In this document: positions 25,301-37,300 of the stretch, one piece after another | How positions within the stretch are numbered: the stretch's first letter is position 1 | Layout of the letters: each line of letters begins with the position of its first letter | Assembly (NCBI GenBank): GCA_002269645.1 | Contig: NIVC01001794.1 | Span: 124,001-188,000, forward strand | From: Macrostomum lignano | Lineage: Eukaryota | Direction of reading: 5' to 3' | DNA: 64,000 nucleotides | Translations under genes and position numbers: made by a program | Notes under the pieces: generated by a model | Databases searched by the model: none | What the model saw: only the letters and a program-made list of their open reading frames with translations | Told to the model about the DNA's origin: nothing

Positions 25301-28300
25301 GTCAAACCATGAAAATTTCAACACTAGAAGATCCAAAGAGCAAAACGATCTGCGCCGCAACAGCCAGGGTAATGGGTATCACCCTGTTACTCTCTGGAGA
25401 CTTTAGACTTGGGAATAGCAAACCTTTTCAGCTCGAGGGCCAAATAGAGAATCCAGCTCTTGGCTATTGGCCGGATGAGAGAGGAAAGCAGAGGGAATAG
25501 CGGAGAGAGAAGAGGAAGGAGGAGATGAAAGATGAGAAGCTAAGAGCAGAGAAGAAGAGAGAAAGAAGATAATGAAAAAAAGAAAATACAGGAGAGAGAA
25601 GAGGTGAGAGAAAAAAAAGAAGACAGAGAGGAGATGAGAACAGAGAGAGCAGAGAGGAGCGAGAAGAGAGAAGAGATCAGATATCAGAGAGAATAGAGAA
25701 GAGAGAAGAGATCGAGAGTAGAGAAAGTATATAGAGGAGAGGGGATTAGAAAAAAGAGAGATAGCTCGTAAAAGAGGTGAATTGAAAGATGAAAGAGTGA
25801 AGAGTATCGAGAAGAGAAGAAGTATCAGAGAGTGAGAGGAGATTAGAGATGAGAGAGAAGAGGGGAGCGAGAAGAGAGAGAGATGGAAGAAGAGAGGAGA
25901 AAAAGAAAGGAGAGGAGAGAGAAGGAAGGAGAGATGAGAGAGAAGATGAGAGAAGATGATGGGATGATAAAAGAGAAAGGAGAGGATCGCAGAGAGAATA
26001 GAAGACAGAGGAGACAGAAGAGAAGAGTGAGGAGAGAGGAGAGAGAAGAGAAGAGAGAGAAGAGAAGAGAGAAGCTTCGAAGACCTGAGGGACAGAGAGA
26101 GGCAGGCCAGAGTTTGCCAACGCATGTTTTAGACAGGCGTTGCCTGTCATTCCATGCTGCACCCTAGCCGATAATATCAATGCTTGTCTCAAATCTTCGC
26201 ATCTGTAGCCATCAGTTAAAAAGCCACACTTGTTCCAGTTTAAGGGAATGAAGCGGTTTATCTATTTTCTACTAAATTCTTGCGAATTGGTGACGGCCAA
26301 CTGGAGGACAGTCCTTAGGATAAGCCGTCACCAACTGCTGCATTCGGTACAACTGTAATTTTTGTGCAGGAGCTCAAGGCTACAGTTTACCTAAACCTGT
26401 TGCAAAGCTTTCCGACATTGACTGGCATTCTGAAAGAGTCATTTTTTGTCCTAACGATGACATGAGTCTGTCTGACTTTAGACTTAAAAAGTCTATGCAA
26501 AAATAGTTCTGGGGGTTCAAATTCAGCGGGTTTAAACAGCTTTTCCACTCTAAAAGACATTATATAGGCTGCAAAGCTATAAAAACGGTACAGTCACACT
26601 ATAAAGGAAGCTTTTCAGACACTTTCAAAACTTTTTAGAATACCAAATTGAGACACATGCTCATACGAGCTACTTGCACCTTGAAACTAGCAAAGAATAA
26701 GGATCACCTGGTTATTCGAAGCACACTGCTGCTCCAACGCCATGATGCGTTCTAAACAGGCGCTCGTGTTTGCGCAGCCGTTTGCAGCAGGGCAGTCGAA
26801 CTCTCCCTGTAGTGTAAAACAAAACGTTATGAGTTCAACCGAATGATAAAATGTTATAAATTTTACTGCGAATTGACTCCAAAACAGAAAGGGCGACTAG
26901 TTACCCTGGTGCAGTTCAGGCGCTCTCGACACCAGGTATCGGCTGGAAGACAGGCTTTAGCTGGCAAGCACGGGTACAAGCCTGAGGAACAACCTACGCT
27001 GTATTTCACTTGAAGAATCTCGTCTCCAAAGTAGTTTCCGTCAGTCGGAGGCGTGTCCTGCTCCGGCAGCAGTCCGTTCCACAGTCTGCATGTTAAATTT
27101 ACACTACCCGGCTGTCTGAGTTGCACATAAAAGTATGAACTCTCAACCGATAGCAGTAGGTATCCTGAGCTGAACTTTCTGACAGAAGCGCCGCCATAGT
27201 AGGTGTAGGCGTAGAGCGAATATTCGGTGTAGAGCGACGACGCCTCAATGTAGCAGTAGGCAGCCTTGCTCGGCGCCTCTCGACACAGCTGACGAACGTG
27301 GTCGTTGGGTGCGGAGTCGGGAAACTCGAACCGACCGAGACTGTCGCACCAAGGCGCAGATGCTGTCGACTGGTTCAATACTGGGCCTAAAATATTCCTT
27401 GGGTAGACATTGTCATACATGTATCCAGTGCCGTTCTTTTTCAGCACGACTGTCGGGAATCCAGCTGGTGGCGGTCGCGACTTCGGCGGAAGCAGGAATC
27501 CGTAGGTAGGCTGACACTCCGCGACTACTTGGCTGTCATTGTTAAAGTAGCGAACCCTCAGCTTTACCCACGATAGACTCGCATTGGAGCCGGCGTAGTT
27601 GGACATTCCCAGAGCATCTGCGCTCACGCAGCTGTTGTTATCGAGAAGCCTGTTGAGTGTAATTTCCTGTCCGATGCGGCTGTTGTCGAGCTTGTTGGAT
27701 CCGAGTCTCATCACAGGAGGACCCACTTGCTGCACAACGGTGAAACGAACATTCAGACCCGGAGGAATGAAGCAGGAGTTTGTAGGCGACACGGACGTGA
27801 TAATGGTCTTGTTGTTGGGACACGACCTCTTCGCCACCGCTTCGTTGCACTGATCAGACTCGAGACACAAGTTGTATCCAGCATAACAACGAACCATGGA
27901 AGGTGAGCCTGTCGTGGTCGAGTTTGTGGAGTAGTAGCTTGTCGAACTGCAGGTAACGCTTGCGTAGTTGCATGTGGACCATGACAAATACTGCGTCCTA
28001 TTGTAGCACATGCCTTGCTTCGGACAAAAGTTCTGAAAGAACGCAATTTAGAAAACATTTTAATTTTTTATCCGGGGGAAAAAATTGAACCAATTGTCTA
28101 AAGATAAAGTAAGGCAATAACTATCCTATCCTGAGCATCATCACGATTTAGAAGAAAAAACTGCGATGAGCACGTAACGGAAATGCTTAAATGCTTAAAT
28201 CCAATCAACGAGTATTTGAAGAAGCCGCTTGAGCTTCGATCTTGTGTGTGTCCTACATTTTGAAACCCGACATTTTAAGGCTTCGGCATAGAAGTGAAAA

Positions 28301-31300
28301 AAGCGTCAATCGGAAATGCAGTCATTGTTTTACTGATTTGGAATGTAGAACGGCTCTAAATTGTCTTACTTACGAAATATTTACCGCAAATTTTTAGAAT
28401 ACTGAAATGGATATTTTGTAGCTGTCGATGGACGCTCGCTACGGCTAGCCCAGAAGACCCGCCGTCGCCACAGCCCGCAACCCGACCCGCCGCTAGTCTG
28501 CTCGACGACAGCAACGAAATTCGTCTGCAATGGGCATACCTTCTAAACTGCTACTTTGCAGACCTGTTGACCGTGGTGTATCTGTGATAGATGGCAGCGG
28601 GATCCACGCCGTCGAACGGGCTTTGCCAAGGCCAACCAACTTCGATCCTTGTCGCCGTCCCCAAACAAATAAGTCATGTGCAACGGCCGGGGCCATGACA
28701 GCAATCATATGGCCACACCCCACTTGTTTTCGCCCAAAAATGTGGGCTTGACTGTTCAGTTCATCGTTGACAGCGGCGCAGAGATATCGCTACTTACTGA
28801 AAGTGTTATTTCTTTCAATATCACGAGTTCATGCAAAGTATACTCCCCGGTGTCAGCAGCCATAATGTACGGACCTACGGCCAACTTTGCCACTTCTTAA
28901 TTGGTAAAATGCATTCGTCGTACCTTGCACGCTAACTACATCGTTGCATACGATACGGCCTGTTCCATGGGCCTCAGTGTAATGTGTGTTAACCTCACCC
29001 ACCCCCTTCCTGTAGGGTTTTGACACCTCCTCTTTTAAGCTTCATCTTGGCGCTGCTAGGAATTGATCAGATTTCATTTTTTTCTTTTGTCAATACATAT
29101 TGCAAATGGAAAGACATGGAAAGTTTATCACCAATGTCGATATGAAGCAAACATACAGCTTCGTCGGCATTTAACCGGACGATCAGGCGCAAACGGGCCT
29201 CAATTTGGCGTTTCGTGGCTGGAACAGAATTATCGGTGCTCATCGCTGCTTTTGGTGCCCTAGCCTCTTGCGAGATCTTTCACCGTCTTTCAGCGGCGCC
29301 GCGCTTGTCGAGCTATCATGAGCGCGGCTCCCTCTACGCCCTTCGCTGCCGTGAACTCCTTCCTGGACATTCCCCTTCTTGACCTCTTTGTCAGAGGGGA
29401 GGCAATGAAGACCACCCGCCGTCTGCTTGACGCGGGTGTCCAAATCCAGAAGCCGTTCGCCTTCAGAAAGCGGAACCTCCGGCCGCACGGCGACCTCAGC
29501 CTGCGAGACCTGGAAGCAGCGGGAGGCCTGCTGACCCTCTCGGACGGAATTCTGTCCACGCTCTGCCCTCCGCTCAAATTCAAAACCAGCATTCCACCAC
29601 GTCATGAAGCAAGGGACAACTGAAAATCCCGTGCAATCTACTGCTTCACTGACGGGTACCAAATCAACTCTGTCTCTGGCTACGGCTACTGCATCGTGTC
29701 TGGATGGAGAACTGTGGTGACCTTCTCCCAGTACACCGGCACCCGCTCCACCGTCTTCCAGAACGAAGTTCTCGCCATCAGCTCCTGCGCCATGGAGCTG
29801 TACAATCAGCGCGTCTGGGGGAAGGAGATTACCCTCCACTCGGACAGTCAAGCGGCGTTCCACGCCCTTGAGCGCACCACCACCTGCTCGCGTACAGTCC
29901 TTGACTGCATCGGGCAGCTCAACCGCTTAGGCGCCTCGAACAAGGTGTCCCTAAGGTGGATCTCCGGGCACTCGGGCCACCCTGGCAAAGAGTTGGCCGA
30001 TCGCCTGGCCAAGGCTGGCTCGACCGGTTTTTTTACTGGTCCCCTGCCTGTGGCCCCCACCCCCACCGCCGTTGTCACCATTCGGATCAACCAGTGGGTG
30101 GCTTCAAAGCACAGAGAGAGGTGGGCTAACGCCCCCGACTGCCTGCAATCCCGCGCGGCTGTCCCCTGTCCTTCTCCGCCTTGCGCAAGGCCCTGCTTGG
30201 ACTCAACCGCAGGGAAAACAGGACGGTGACCATGGCCCTCTCGGGTCATGGCTATTTTGCCAGGCATCGTTATCTCCAGGGAAAAATCCGCAGTGAGGAA
30301 TGCCCATTCTGCCTCTCCGGTGTCGAGAATGAAGAGCACTTCATCTGTGAATGCCCCGCCTTTACTCAGGTCAGGCTCACCTACCTCGGCCCAAACCCGG
30401 ACCTCTCCGACGTTTTCAGGCCCGAGAATCTCTGCCAGCTCGTCCGCTACCTAAGGGCTACCGGGCGAGCGAAAATCCACCTCCTGGACTCTCCGGAGGG
30501 GGACCGTACTGCGGACACCGCCAACACCGGAACTCCCTGCGCGACACAGCAGCACTAGCCACAGAACTTACACAGAATGCTCAATCAGCGATTTAATGAA
30601 ATTAAACTGCGTAGAAATAGATATGCGTACAAACTACTAATCCGGTGAAGAAACATAAGTAGCCATAGACTAATACTCAAGTGTGTAGCACAAGACCGCC
30701 TGATTTATTAAGTCAGTAACCAGAAACCATGCAGCAATCGAAACGTGAAACGTAGAAACCAGTTAAACTGGAGCACAAAAAGTTTTGAAGTGATGCAACT
30801 CAAAAAGTTGGATAAAAAACGGAAAAGTGTCATTAAAGCACTGCCATTAGTTGCCAACGTTCATTCGCAAAAATTTCTTGCTCACTGCGTCTGCGCCGAA
30901 CACTTGCTTCCTCTTCCTTTGCCTTTGAGTTTCCCGTCGCTGATTGCTGCACCAATGGTGCAGCCGTAGGCGGCAATACAGCGCTGCAAAGCTGATTGCA
31001 CAACTTACCGAATGGGACTCAATGTGCAGATTGAGAGCGGGCTGAATCGCTGCAGCAAATTTTCGCTGAAGGTCTTTGCCAACGCCTTTCTGTTGGAAAT
31101 AGGATTTGTCACTGCCAAGAAAGATTTGCTCCATGATCCTGACGGCAGATACCAATTTGTCACTTGGATAAGTCAGACTGGACTCTGCGATGCTCTTCAA
31201 ATTGATGAAGAGTCTGCAGGAATTATCAGCAGTCTGCAATTCTGACGTGCATTCGCCGCATGGAGCATTCAAACAGCAAGTCAGATGTCTGCGTAGCGTT

Positions 31301-34300
31301 CTGGTGGACAACGATAGGAATAATTTGGACAGCCATAGGCAGCACACTGTTTTCGCGATTTTGCAGAAGGCATACTTCACTGCAGCAAACCAAACATCCA
31401 AATTCTTTGTGAAAAGACAATGCTGCTGCAAGTAATTCTATTAAATGAATATATCTTGTGCTACACACTTGAGTATTAGTCTATGGCTACTTATGTTTCT
31501 TCACCGGATTAGTAGTTTGTACGCATATCTATTTCTACGCAGCTTAATTTTATTAAATCGCTGATTGAGCATTCTGTGTAAGTTCTGTGGCACTAGCTGC
31601 CCGTGGTCGCCAGGGGTTCAGTTGACACGTTGGTATTGTTGGTTCTTATTTATTTCATCTCCTCCTCTTTTCTTGCTCTTTATTTCGGCTAGACAACGCA
31701 TACACACAAGCGGTCTGTTGCAGCTTTTTGAGCCATAGACATATGGCGCAGCTTGCGGACTTTAGCCGCTGCCCACAGCCAACACTCCTCCACGCTTAAT
31801 TGACAAATAAATTCGCAATACAGTACGCGCATAAAGCACATAAAACACCATATAAAAATAAACAAGGATGAGTCCACAGCAATAGCAAAGTGTCACGACT
31901 GTCGACCAAGTTTTCGGTAGTTAAGCCGATCAGGTGGCTTTCGGTCTCTCTTTGGGCGGACGCCATGCTGTAGCTCTTCCTTCTTGTTCGCGCCAGCTTC
32001 GTTCAGCTGGCTCTGCTCCACCCTTGGCTTGTACTGTTCATTGTGCATTAATCTGCGGGCTCCGTCGCTGGTCTCGACTTCACCTGTCACCTCACCTTGC
32101 CCACTATTACAGCGGGCTTCCACTTCATGACGTTATTGTACTGTCGAATCCAGACTGGGTCGTTTAGGTTCGCAGACTTCCTGAGATTAGTCACTTTGTT
32201 TCTCAAGAGTTGCCCTCTCATGAGCTCAGAGGGAGCTTTCCCAGTGCTGGAATGACAAGCGTTTCGGTACTGCATGAGAAATCGATCTACAGTAGCTTGG
32301 ACGTCTTTGTAACCGGCTGCTCGCAAATGGTTTTTTAAATCTCTTACGAATCGCTCAGCACAGCCGTTGGATCTAGGGTGGTAAGGTGGTGTGAGCACGT
32401 GGTTGCATCCGATGCATCTTAACCACATCTTGAATTCGTCGGACGTAAATTGTGGTCCATTGTCCGAAACAAGTGTAACTGGCACCCCTTCCTGGGCAAA
32501 ATTACGTCGAAGACGCCTAATAGTTTCTTCAGATGTCGTACTCCTGGTGATGTGCACTTCGGCCCATTTGCTAAAAGCGTCAATGATGACCAGTGCATAT
32601 GCACCATTTGGGAATGGTCCAGCATAGTCGACATGGACACGCATCCACTTTTTAGTCTCTTCTGGCCACGAGCTCCATTGTTTGGTGGTGTGATCCTTCC
32701 CTTGCTGACAGCCTTCGCAGGCCTTTACCTTAAGCGTGAGATCCTTGTCAATGCCAGGCCACCAAACACACTCTCTGGCCAGCGACTTCATTCGCTCAAC
32801 ACCAATATGTCCTTCATGCAGTATCTCAGTCACCTTTTCTCTTAACATTTGTGGAATGATTATTCGATTCCCTGGGTAGATGATGCTGTCGTCTAGGCTG
32901 AGTTCGTCTGTCATTTTACGGAAGTGCGGCAGCTTTACTCTTCCTTCCTCAGTCCATCCAAACTTTAGCTGCTTGAACAAAAGGCGCATCTCCTGATCCT
33001 GCTTAGAGACTTCCCGGATTTCTTTCTTGGAAATTGGCAGCTCTACTGAAGTGTACTGAATCTTATTCACTTCAAAATATTGTGCCTCGGCTGCTTCGCT
33101 TTCGCACCGTGAAAGTGCGTCTGCAACCGGGATCTCCTCAGATCGCAGACATTGAATGTCGTAGTCATACGCCATTAGGATGATTGACCATCTTTTTATC
33201 CTTGCTGCTGCAACTGCCGAAATTCCTCTTCCTGGGTTAAAGATGAACTTGAGAGGTTGATGATCCGTCACTAACGTGAAGCGCCGACCAAAAAGGTACT
33301 TATGCAGGCGTTTGACAGCCCACGTAATACCCAGCGCCTCTCTCTCGATCTGTGCATACTTTCTCTCTGCTGACGTAAGCGTCTTGGATGCGAACAGCAC
33401 CGGGCCCTCAGACTGTTCCAGAACGGCACCAACACCGTGCGGGGAAGCATCACATGTCTAGCGTAATAGCCTGTCGCTCGGGTTAAATGGCTTCAAGATG
33501 TTACTTCTGGCTAGCATTTGCTTCAGCTTTTAAAAAGCTTGCTTCTGACTTGCTTGCCATGACCAACGTGTGTTCTGCCTGAGTAGCTCACTCAGTGGTT
33601 CCTTCACTTCCGAGAGGTTTGGCAGAAACTTAGAATAAAACTCCATCATGCCAATGAACGATCGCAATTGAGCTGCATTTGTTGGCTTCTTGAATTGCAA
33701 AATGACATCAAGTTTCTTCGGGTTGGGTCGAATTCCTTGCTGGTTAATCAGAAATCCCAGAAACTCCACCACCAGTTGTCCAATTTTGCTCTTCTCCATG
33801 TTCACTTCCAGACTGTGCTCTTTCAGTCTGTTCAGAACGGCCTTTAGCTGCTGATCGTGACTCTGCTGATCCTTTCCATGCACTAGTATGTCATCCTGAT
33901 AGGAATGCACATTCTTCATGCCAAACAGAATTCGATCCATAAAACTTTGAAAGATGGCAGAACTCTGCTTGATTCCGAACGGAAGGAAGTTGTATCGGAA
34001 GAGTCCAAACGGTGTTGAAATTGTTGTCAACTTGGAGGACTCATACTGAAGTGGTAACTGCAAATATGCATTTGTCAAGTCCAAAGTAGAAAATATCTTT
34101 GAGCCATGCAGCTCAGCGAAAATGTCATCTGCTGCCGGAGTAGTTGTGACCATCCTGTTCAGATGCTCATTCAGAGTGACTTTGTAATCGCCACAAATTC
34201 GGATTTTACCATTTGGCTTGCGGACACACACAATCGGTGTTGCCCAGTCACTGTCGTCCACTTTGGTTATCTTGCCTTCTTTCTCCAGATTCTCGAGTTC

Positions 34301-37300
34301 TTCCTTCACTTGGTCCCTTATGGCAAATGGAATAGCTCGTGGTTTGAGAAAATTGGCTTAGTGTCTTCAGCCAATGTGATTGACACTTTAGTTGATGATG
34401 ATGCCACTCTCACCAGTTGCTCGGTATCTGCAGCATCGAGCCCCTCAACACCAAAAACACTGCTGCCAGATTTCACGATATACAGTGGAAGCTCTCCTCT
34501 GAATCCTACATACACTACACTGACGTGTGAGACACCTAGCAGTCCAATATCATTACCGTTGTAATCCTTGAACCTGCGAGTTGTGGTCTCTATTGGCGTG
34601 TGCTCTTTCAGCTGATTGAATTCAGCAAGTGACATAAGTGAAACATCAGACCCTGTGTCCAACAACATTTAAACGTGAGTACCATTTATGACCCCCTGTC
34701 TTTTGAAACGTTCGCCGCCAAGGCTAAGAACATTATCACAGTCATCAGGTTCAGGTGTCTTACCGGTAACTGCACTGATAGTAGCACTCTTTGTCAGAGA
34801 ATTTCCACCGCTTCTGCACACGGCCGTCTTCAGATGCCCAACCTTTCCGCAGAGTCTACACTTGAAGTTTTTAAACTTGCACTGTGCCTTGGAGTGGTTT
34901 GGCTTACCACAACAATAGCAGGCTCTTGCTTCATGCTTCTGCGCAGATTTGCTTCTGAGCTGAGTAGGCTTCGGTGTCCACTTGCTTGATGCACTCGAAG
35001 ATAAGAAATTCTTCTTCATCTGGACTTTAAAAACTTCTTCCTTTGACATGTCTTGTTCTCCTCTGCCGACAGCCTCACATGCTGACGCTACTGTGGTGAC
35101 CTTTTCCAAAGTTAGGTCTTCCAGCTTCTCTGTCAGCAGTTTCCTCAAGATGTCTCTATTCTCCAATCCGAAAATAAATTGATCACAAAGTCGCTCGTTG
35201 ATGTCTGTAAACTGGCATCCTTCAGCACCCAGTCTCAGTCTTCTTGCGTAAGATGCAGTGTCTTCGTCTTTCTTTTGCTTCATTTGATGAAATTCATAGC
35301 GCAATGCAATCGCTAACTTATCCGGCTTGATCTGGCTCTTCAATACTCCAACCAGTTGCTCGTACGACTTAGAAGTTGGCTCATCAGGGGAAACCGCATC
35401 CGCGATTATATCAAATCCTTTCGGACCGATGGACGCTAAGAATGCGTTCCTTTTCGTATCATCCTTCCAACCTTCAGGTGAAGCGATGATCTCGAACCTT
35501 TGGATCCAGCGCTTTCGGCACTCGTCGAAATTCAGTATCTCCAGTTGCCTTGCACCGATCCTCGTCGCCATTGTTAGTCTGTCGTTGGTCTCCTGGTTGA
35601 GTCACTAAGGCAGTTGACACGTTGGTACACCATTTTACCCTCGATTTTGAACAAGGAGAACTTCGAAACTGACAAACTCCTCTTCAATATTGACACTCTA
35701 TGGTCGGGCACTCAAAATCTACAATCAATATTGACAAGTACCAATATTGGGTACTTGCTATTTGGGAGAAGGGGTACTGGCTGCATGTATCTACGAGTAC
35801 ATGTATGGGAATATTTTTATCCAGGGATGCTTGCTATCTGGGTGGATGTTTGCTACCTGGATGATGCTTGCTATCTGCAAGATGCTTGCTATCTGGGGGA
35901 TGCTTGCTATCTGGGTGGATGTTTGCTACCTGGATGATGCTTGCTATCTGGGTGGATGTTTGCTATCTGGGTGGATGCTTGCTATCTGGGGGATGCTTGC
36001 TATCTGGGTGGATGCTTGCTATCTGGGTGGATGCTTGCTATCTGGGTGGATGCTTGCTGTCTTGGGATGTTAAATGACCGGCCTTTTGCTAGAGTCCCTT
36101 GAGAGAGCAGGGACTCTAGCAAGCATCCCTAAATAGAAATATTCCCATACATGTACTCGTAGATACATGCAGCCAGTACCCCTTATCCCAAATAGCAAGT
36201 ACCCCCCCCCCTCAAGAGAGAAATCTTAGTAAAAATTGTCAAAATCTATTTCAAAAAATGTCTTAGTCAAAATTGATTGTTAACTGTTCAATATTGATTC
36301 GGAGTTGTCAAAAATGAAGCGGACTTTTTGGGTACACAAACCATAGAGTGTCAGTTTTGAAGCAACTCTGTCAAAATAGAATCAGACTTTGCAGCCCAAC
36401 CAGTCAGGCTATTTTAGTCTGTGTGTCTAAAGGATAGAGAAAAATAAATTTTATCAATACTTGTAGATCCAAAAAGCAAAGTCAGAATAAGCTGATTTTG
36501 CACAGCTCACTTCAGCCCCGTTCAGGCTTTCATTGGATTACTTTGTTACCGAATTCTCCCAGGAGAAGTTGACTAAACGTGCATTGTCAAAATTGAACCA
36601 GAGTTTGTCAAAATTGAAGCTTGATCTGTCAATATTGATTGTAGATTTTGAATGCCCGACCATAGAGTGTCAATATTGAAGAGGAGTTTGTCAGTTTCGA
36701 AGTTCTCCTTGTTCAAAATCGAGGGTAAAATGGTGTATTGTTGGTTGATGTTGGCTCTTATTTATTTCATCTCTCCAACGCTCCTCCTCTTTTCTTGCTC
36801 TTTATTTCGGCTAGACAACGCATACACACAAGCGGTCTGTAGCAGCTTTTTGAGCCATAGACATATGGCGCAGCTTGCGGACTTTAGCCGCTGCCCACAG
36901 CCAACACTTACGACTACCTGGGGCATCTTCTGCAACACGTGAGCTTCACCATAAAATAGAGCAAGTCCACGACCCCAGGACAGCACATAGTCTTTCTCGG
37001 CGTTCAAAATATCACAACTGACGGCGCGCTGTGGCTGCCCATGGATAATGCGGTCAGGGATTTGCTGAAAGACTGCCTCTCCAGCAACAATGTCAAACTC
37101 AAACAACTTGAGAGGCTGGCCGGGAAGCTGTGCTTCTTGGGCCAGATCAACAAGCTGCTGCATCCGTTTCTTCGCCCGCTTTTTGACTTCATGGACGGTC
37201 GAGATCTCCGGCTGCCTCAAGAAGGTCGCGAGACGTGCTTCAATTGTGGCTGCAGGCAGTGGATTCTGACAGCACGGCTGCAGTCGGCAAGATCAACAAG

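Larger units (their letters stand above)
31619..36908 (-). mobile_element. Mag-like Ty3/Gypsy LTR retrotransposon, decayed, with two partial LTRs
   Basis: PBS TGGCGACGAG (35570-35561) next to the LTR end ...CTAACA (35572); gag with two CCHC knuckles; protease LLDTGS; [15 protein letters not shown]; integrase HEGH..C / FSKW / DNGPQF / NGCAER. LTR-shared segment at 31619-31786 and 35611-36908 (split by a MITE). Confidence 0.92.

Noticed and set aside
25403-26192. Hydrophobic 240-aa and charged ORFs
   Set aside because: Translations of a purine-rich low-complexity intronic tract.
34660-34680. Programmed gag-pol readthrough or frameshift (TTTAAAT / TAA)
   Set aside because: The TAA falls in the conserved protease lead-in (INGTHV*MLLDTG, where Lys is usual) and the element has other disabling lesions, so a nonsense mutation is more parsimonious.
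35747-36077. [16 protein letters not shown] repeat ORFs
   Set aside because: Translation of the 19-bp array inside a MITE.
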